A stretch of DNA of 19,468 nt from Thermodesulfovibrionales bacterium (lineage in GTDB: Bacteria; Nitrospirota; Thermodesulfovibrionia; Thermodesulfovibrionales; UBA6898). The stretch covers positions 1-19,468 of the forward strand of contig JBIOIY010000056.1 of the NCBI GenBank assembly GCA_044450345.1, in the 5' to 3' direction. Within the stretch, counting starts at the first letter, position 1. Every line of letters begins with the position of its first letter. Positions 16,216 to 19,468 of this stretch are shown piece by piece. The translations under genes and the position numbers were made by a program. The notes beneath the pieces were generated by a model. That model did not search any database. It was not told where the DNA came from and saw only the letters and a list, made by a program, of their open reading frames with translations.

Positions 16216-18918
16216 TTATGATTTGTCGCATTTGGAGATGGTCTCCTTGATCTCCTTCAAAAGTCCCTCGGTCGTCAACTTGGCTCTGTTTAAGATGCCG
16301 CGAATCCTGCCGTTGAGTTCTGAGATCTGTCTTTCGGTCAGGTCTTTATGGGTAACGACTATAAGAGGGATGTTCCTGACCTCATCGTTCGTCTTCATAT
16401 ATTCAATAACATCGGCACCGCTCACTGCCGGCATCGTAAGGTTCAGCACCATCAGGTCGGGCCTTGATTCCTTTATGATATCAATCGCCTCCTGGCTTGT
16501 ATATGCCTCCATTACCTGATAGCCGGCCTCGTTGAGCATTGTGCCGATCAGTTTTACTGCATCCTGCTCATTATCCACGACCAATATCCTTCTGATTTTC
16601 GTCATTTTTTCGAGGTTCTTCAACTTTCTCAAGAGGACGTCCTTTTCAATCGGCTTCACGATATATTCGGCAGCTCCGAGACTGAACCCCAACTGCTTTT
16701 CGTCTATGATCGAAAGTATGATGACAGGAATATCCTGAGTTTCCGGTGTATTCTTCAGCTCACGTAACACCTGCCAACCGTCTTTTACGGGCATCATGAT
16801 ATCCAGAGTTATGGCTACAGGCCTGATCTCTATGGCCTTCTTAACGACATTTTCACTGCTGATAAGACCTACTACGTGATAATCCTTTCCCAGGTATTTC
16901 CGGATAATTTCTACGGCCTCGGGATTGTCGTCAACCGCAAGGACGTTTTTTTTAAGTTCTGCAGAAACGCGTTCCTCTGTACCTGTTGAAACCCGATTTA
17001 TCTCGTATAACTCGTCTGTCTCGATCAGCAGTCTTTCGATAAGCTCGCATCCCTTGCAAAAGTCGATCTTTTCGGGATAAGAAGCGACCTTCGTGCCTTT
17101 GCAGTGAGTTCCGGTGATCAACCAGCATCTGCTCTCTTTAGTGCTGTGAGCGGGACAGCTTGTCTGACCACAGTGAAAATATTCCCAGCATTTAACCGGA
17201 TTTCCCGCATACCGGGGCTCTTTCAAAAATATCCCGGCAGCGGTGCTAAAATACGAAGACAGACCTTCTGCCATTGAGGTCTCCAGTGACGGCTCAGCAG
17301 ATTTTTCCAAAACCGACTTATCTGCCGGAAGGGTGAAGCAGAATCTGCTGCCGCTTCCGTATTCGCTTGTCAGCCAGATCACGCCTTTATGGAGTACGAC
17401 GAGGCCTCGTGCGATACTCAGTCCGAGACCGGTGCCCTCGTACTGGCGGGCGGACGAGACGTCCAGCTGACTGAACTTGTCAAAGAGTTTCGTTATGTCT
17501 TCCTCCCTGATCCCTATCCCCGTGTCCTCGACGCAGACCTCCACGAAAAGCGGCGTTTCTCCTGATTTGATGCCCTTGTCGGAGGGGCGGGCCGTTATTG
17601 CGATACCTCCTTTATGAGTGAACTTCACGGCATTGGAGAGTAGGTTTATCAGGATCTGTGCAACTTTGTCTTCATCTGCAAAAATGAGCGGCAGGTTTTC
17701 GCGGAAGTCAAGTCTGATCGAAAGCCCCTTCTGTCGTATCACAGGTTCGAAGGTCGAAAGAACGGATTCGGTAACCCGCCTGAGGTCGATCTCCCGGGGA
17801 TGCAATTCTATCTTGCCTGATTCTATCTTGGAAATGTCCAGGACATCATTGATCAATTGCAGGAGATGCTTTGCGTTGCTCACCACCTTGTGAAGACTCT
17901 TGCCCTGCTCTTCGTTAATCGGCCCGTCCACCCCGTCGATCAGAAGGTCCGTATAACCGATAATCGCGTTCATCGGCGTGCGGAGCTCATGGGACATGTT
18001 GGCCAGAAAGGTAGATTTCAGTTTGTCCAGTTCCCTGAGTTCCCTGTTCGCCCTTTCGAGGAGGGCCAGGAGCTCGGTCCTTTCATTCAACAAGTTCGTC
18101 TTTCTCGTAACCTCGCGCTCCAATTTTCTGCTGAATGATGAGATGCTGTCGACCATGTAGTTGAACGTATTGCCGAGCACTCCGATCTCATTTTCTGTCA
18201 TAACATCCACTGAGACGGACATGTCCCCCTCTGCAAACCGCTTCGCCTTTTCAGCAAGGTTTTCCACAGGGCGCCTGATGAGTTTGGTCAGCATCGCATA
18301 AATGATCGCGATCATCACGCTAATGCTGAACACTCCCAGCAATATGGTCCTGTTTCTCGCAGCAGCGACCTGGGCATATGTGCTGTTGGCATCAATCTTC
18401 AGTATCATGCTCCCGAGCACCATTCGGGAGGACCCGTGACAGTGATAACATTCGGTTTCGTTCAGCAGGGGGTGCATGATGAAGAGGTATCTTCTGCCCC
18501 TGATCTCATCGAGAAAAGTCCTCTGCGGTCCCCCCTTCGCTAGTACCTCATTCAGAGTGCGAATAAAGGTCTTGCTATACAGGGAATCCGACAACGTGGT
18601 TCTAATCACATCCTGATTAGTGGAATAGACTATTTCCTTATCGAAGTCGCAGACGTGCACCTCGACATCCTTTATCTTTTCCCGTATCCCCGATAACTGT
18701 CTTGCAACGCCGTCTGAGTCTCCCACGGACATGGGATATTTAAAGGAAGAATGGATTGATGAGGCCAGCTCGCTGCCATGCATCTCCATGGTCTCTGTCC
18801 GGTCCTTCGTGCCGTAATAGAGGCGCACGACAATCTCTACCCCGAGGACGAGTACGATCGTGATTATTATGACAGCAAGTATCTCGTTACCCAGACGTTT
18901 CCGTACAAAGCCGAACAT
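16216..18918 (-). CDS. Membrane hybrid sensor histidine kinase: periplasmic heme-c sensor, HAMP, HisKA, HATPase, Cys-rich insert, REC, pseudo-REC
   Basis: Start ATG 18918 (GGGGAG RBS). Two TMs flank CYHCH (18436-18450). HAMP ENEIGVLGNTFNYM, FLANMSHELRTPMN, NLLSNAVKFT, DTGIGI, GTGLGL. CWEYFHC..CPA..CWLITGTHC..CKGC, LDIMMP, then LNLTMP. Confidence 0.95.
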   Translation of the reverse strand: MFGFVRKRLGNEILAVIIITIVLVLGVEIVVRLYYGTKDRTETMEMHGSELASSIHSSFKYPMSVGDSDGVARQLSGIREKIKDVEVHVCDFDKEIVYSTNQDVIRTTLSDSLYSKTFIRTLNEVLAKGGPQRTFLDEIRGRRYLFIMHPLLNETECYHCHGSSRMVLGSMILKIDANSTYAQVAAARNRTILLGVFSISVMIAIIYAMLTKLIRRPVENLAEKAKRFAEGDMSVSVDVMTENEIGVLGNTFNYMVDSISSFSRKLEREVTRKTNLLNERTELLALLERANRELRELDKLKSTFLANMSHELRTPMNAIIGYTDLLIDGVDGPINEEQGKSLHKVVSNAKHLLQLINDVLDISKIESGKIELHPREIDLRRVTESVLSTFEPVIRQKGLSIRLDFRENLPLIFADEDKVAQILINLLSNAVKFTHKGGIAITARPSDKGIKSGETPLFVEVCVEDTGIGIREEDITKLFDKFSQLDVSSARQYEGTGLGLSIARGLVVLHKGVIWLTSEYGSGSRFCFTLPADKSVLEKSAEPSLETSMAEGLSSYFSTAAGIFLKEPRYAGNPVKCWEYFHCGQTSCPAHSTKESRCWLITGTHCKGTKVASYPEKIDFCKGCELIERLLIETDELYEINRVSTGTEERVSAELKKNVLAVDDNPEAVEIIRKYLGKDYHVVGLISSENVVKKAIEIRPVAITLDIMMPVKDGWQVLRELKNTPETQDIPVIILSIIDEKQLGFSLGAAEYIVKPIEKDVLLRKLKNLEKMTKIRRILVVDNEQDAVKLIGTMLNEAGYQVMEAYTSQEAIDIIKESRPDLMVLNLTMPAVSGADVIEYMKTNDEVRNIPLIVVTHKDLTERQISELNGRIRGILNRAKLTTEGLLKEIKETISKCDKS

Positions 18919-18969
18919 GTCATCTCCCCTGTATCGCATACAATGCTGCTATAAAGAACAGAAGATATT

Positions 18970-18984
18970 CCCCGATTCACGGGA
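18970..18984. repeat. Short REP-like hairpin related to the hairpin in element A
   Basis: CCCCGATTCACGGGA versus CCCCGATTCATCGGGA (reverse complement of 7182-7197); one-nt difference. Confidence 0.45.
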
Positions 18985-19029
18985 AAACAGCCTTTTAGTC
19001 CGCGCATTCTGCCTGCCACTGTATAGGTT

Positions 19030-19467
19030 TCAATGCGCGTACCCGTGAATCAGAGGTTTATACCTGAATGCCTTGACCCTTTCCGGTGTATGACAGCCCT
19101 CACAGTCCTCTTTTCTGAGACGTCTTTTAACATCGAGAGGACTCTTTGTCAATATATGGGTTTTTCCCGGACCGTGGCAGACCTCGCAGCCGGTGTTTTT
19201 CATGGAGGGCGTCTGTTCCAGGCTGATAAATCCGCCGGGCCTGCCGTAACCAGTGGTGTGGCAGTTATAGCATCCCTTGATTTCTTCTTCCGAGAGGCCC
19301 TTCTGCATACGTTCTATCGCTTCGAAGGATTTGGCCTTTTTGGCAAATTTTGTGAAGTTTTCGTATTCTGTTTTGTGGCAGGACCTGCATGCCTCAGAGC
19401 CAACGTATTCGGGTATTCTATACGCCGGTTCGGCCGGCTGCATGGGTAATGTTATAGCGAAAGACGT
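19030..19467 (-). CDS. Small tetraheme c-type cytochrome, cytochrome c554-like (5' end outside the window)
   Basis: YVGSEACRSCH, CYNCHTTGYGRPGGF, GCEVCHGPG..H, CEGCH give four CxxCH motifs. The frame is open to the window edge (TSFAITLPMQPA, probably the end of a signal peptide). Confidence 0.92.
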   Translation of the reverse strand, partial: TSFAITLPMQPAEPAYRIPEYVGSEACRSCHKTEYENFTKFAKKAKSFEAIERMQKGLSEEEIKGCYNCHTTGYGRPGGFISLEQTPSMKNTGCEVCHGPGKTHILTKSPLDVKRRLRKEDCEGCHTPERVKAFRYKPLIHGYAH

Positions 19468-19468
19468 G

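Noticed and set aside
7747..19449. Numerous antisense or overlapping ORFs (e.g. 7811..8524, 8107..8763, 9630..10205, 14064..14714, 19033..19449)
   Set aside because: Shadow frames of well-supported genes, with no motifs or RBS of their own.

Overview
Bacterial chromosomal window, moderately GC-rich, with a Nitrospirota/deltaproteobacteria-like gene repertoire (inference). Left end: two pairs of paralogous, probably secreted, His/Gly/Arg-rich unknown proteins, and a dense TGAAG/CTTCA repeat-palindrome block between divergent genes. Middle: a PocR-like/GAF/GGDEF diguanylate cyclase and a 36-codon RND-permease N-terminal fragment missed by the ORF track. Next comes an ArsS-family radical SAM gene whose apparent stop is very likely a selenocysteine UGA followed by a SECIS-like hairpin. 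Two back-to-back copies of an unrecognised ~125-nt three-way-junction element follow, then a MacAB/LolCDE-type ABC exporter operon. Right: a PAS-GGDEF cyclase, a tandem PilZ protein and an acyl-CoA thioesterase. The window ends with a minus-strand signalling cluster: tetraheme c554-like cytochrome, heme-c hybrid histidine kinase with a Cys-rich insert and a pseudo-receiver, single-domain receiver, and receiver-kinase. No tRNA, rRNA, CRISPR array or transposase was seen.
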